Shown piece by piece: positions 62,806-64,000 of a stretch of DNA of 64,000 bases (its first letter is position 1; each line of letters opens with the position of its first letter). The stretch spans positions 826,487 to 890,486 of the forward strand of contig NW_014577068.1 in NCBI RefSeq assembly GCF_000485595.1. The letters run 5' to 3'. A program made the translations under genes and the position numbers. The notes beneath the pieces are model-generated. The model saw only the letters and a program-made list of their open reading frames with translations. It was not told the DNA's origin and made no database searches. This stretch comes from Priapulus caudatus. Its lineage: Eukaryota.

Positions 62806-63492
62806 CAGGAGTAAGATAATATAGGAGGAGTATGACACTCCAAAACACGTGAAATTCAACATTTGCTTGCCTAATTTTACCGATGATATATTACGTGCAA
62901 CTCGATAAAAATTACATCTAAATTAGCGTTGGACATCCACCTCTCACTCAAAATTTACTTAGTTTCCATACCTCTTCTTTTTATGGAGATATAGCTTTGA
63001 ACGTCACACATGGTTCATAGCGTTTGACTAGGCTTGTGGCTTAGCTTTCCTCGCCTTCCGAACTGTTGTTATGCAAGTGAGGAATGGTCTCTTGTCTGTT
63101 CACAAGAATGCCCCCTGTTGGCGGTGGCAAGCGGGGTGCGATGGGGGGTTTGAAAGTACGTGTAACCGTAACCGCCAACAGGGGGCATTCTTGTAAACAG
63201 ACAAGAGACCATTCCTCACTTGCATAACAACAGTTCGGAAGGCGAGGAAAGCTAAGCCACAAGCCTAGTCAAACGCTATGAACCATGTGTGACGTTCAAA
63301 GCTATATCTCCATAAAAAGAAGAGGTATGAAAACTATAAGTAAAGTTTGAGTGAGAGGTGGATGTCCAAAGCTAATTTAGATGTAATTTTTATCGAGTTG
63401 CACGTAATATATCATCGGTAAAATTGGGCAAGCAAATGTTGAATTTCACGTGTTTTGGAGTGTCATACTCCTCCTATATTATCTTACTCCTG
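62806..63492. mobile_element. Foldback MITE, ~320-bp arms and 45-bp spacer
   Basis: 62806-63125 is a near-perfect reverse complement of 63171-63492; ATATTAT (7 bp) on both flanks. Confidence 0.92.
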
Positions 63493-64000
63493 ATATTATG
63501 TACATCCCACTCATGTACAAAGAACGTCTGTGCTGTCACCTGTTGACCCTAAAGAGGAAGGTCGAACATTTATTGTTAACAAATGACTAGAATTCTACTT
63601 GAATATTCAAGTTCAGATGGACTTGAATGTTCATGTTAATTCATCTTATTTCCACTGTTAAAAGAACTTGCATTTTCCTGAATTAACTTGCTGGTATTTG
63701 GATGGGAAATTCAAAATATTCGAGAAAATTCAAGTTCAATGTATTGAAAAATGGTACACACTGCTTCTCTGCTTAGCACTCAGCAAAAAGAGATAGAGTG
63801 TGGAAACATACGTTAGTAGGAGTTGCGACCGCTAATGTTTTCCTAGCAATCGAAAAAGACATGAAGAGTACACCCACTCACCACGACTTCGGGCGCGCCA
63901 GACGGATGATGAGGAAACCCGACAAAATTTATTTATTTTATTAAAATAATTTTAATATAATAATAAATAAAACTAACTAGTGGTAGATGAAATGACACTA

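Larger units (their letters stand above)
61466..63585 (+). mobile_element. Diverged HINE hosting two nested MITEs
   Basis: Head TTAGCTCATTTGACACGGTCAGATGCAGC; family sequence resumes after each insertion (62663, 63493). Confidence 0.65.

Overview
Eukaryotic, repeat-rich animal genomic DNA; an invertebrate (possibly deuterostome) origin is my inference from the repeat landscape. There are several N gaps and stretches that look like noisy long-read gap fill. I can support two host genes. (1) The first two coding exons of a PACS-family gene on the + strand (31476-31585 and 44065-44152), with a 12.5-kb first intron and a second intron running off the window. (2) A single-exon LRAT/NC-domain (permuted NlpC/P60) acyltransferase-like ORF (17737-18372), whose motifs look more like plant/bacterial NC-domain proteins than animal PLAAT/LRAT. 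It is present as one intact and two frameshifted copies in a ~3-kb tandem duplication that may be partly an assembly artefact. The rest is a deeply nested transposon landscape: a solo LTR, a fragmented non-LTR reverse transcriptase, hAT-, Kolobok-, Academ-, Harbinger- and Tc1/mariner-like non-autonomous elements (many with readable target-site duplications, TSDs), Helentron-associated HINE elements, a 690-bp foldback palindrome, a tRNA-derived SINE, a ~180-bp satellite and many microsatellites. Most ORFs in the supplied track are spurious repeat translations. No CRISPR, rRNA or bona fide tRNA was seen.
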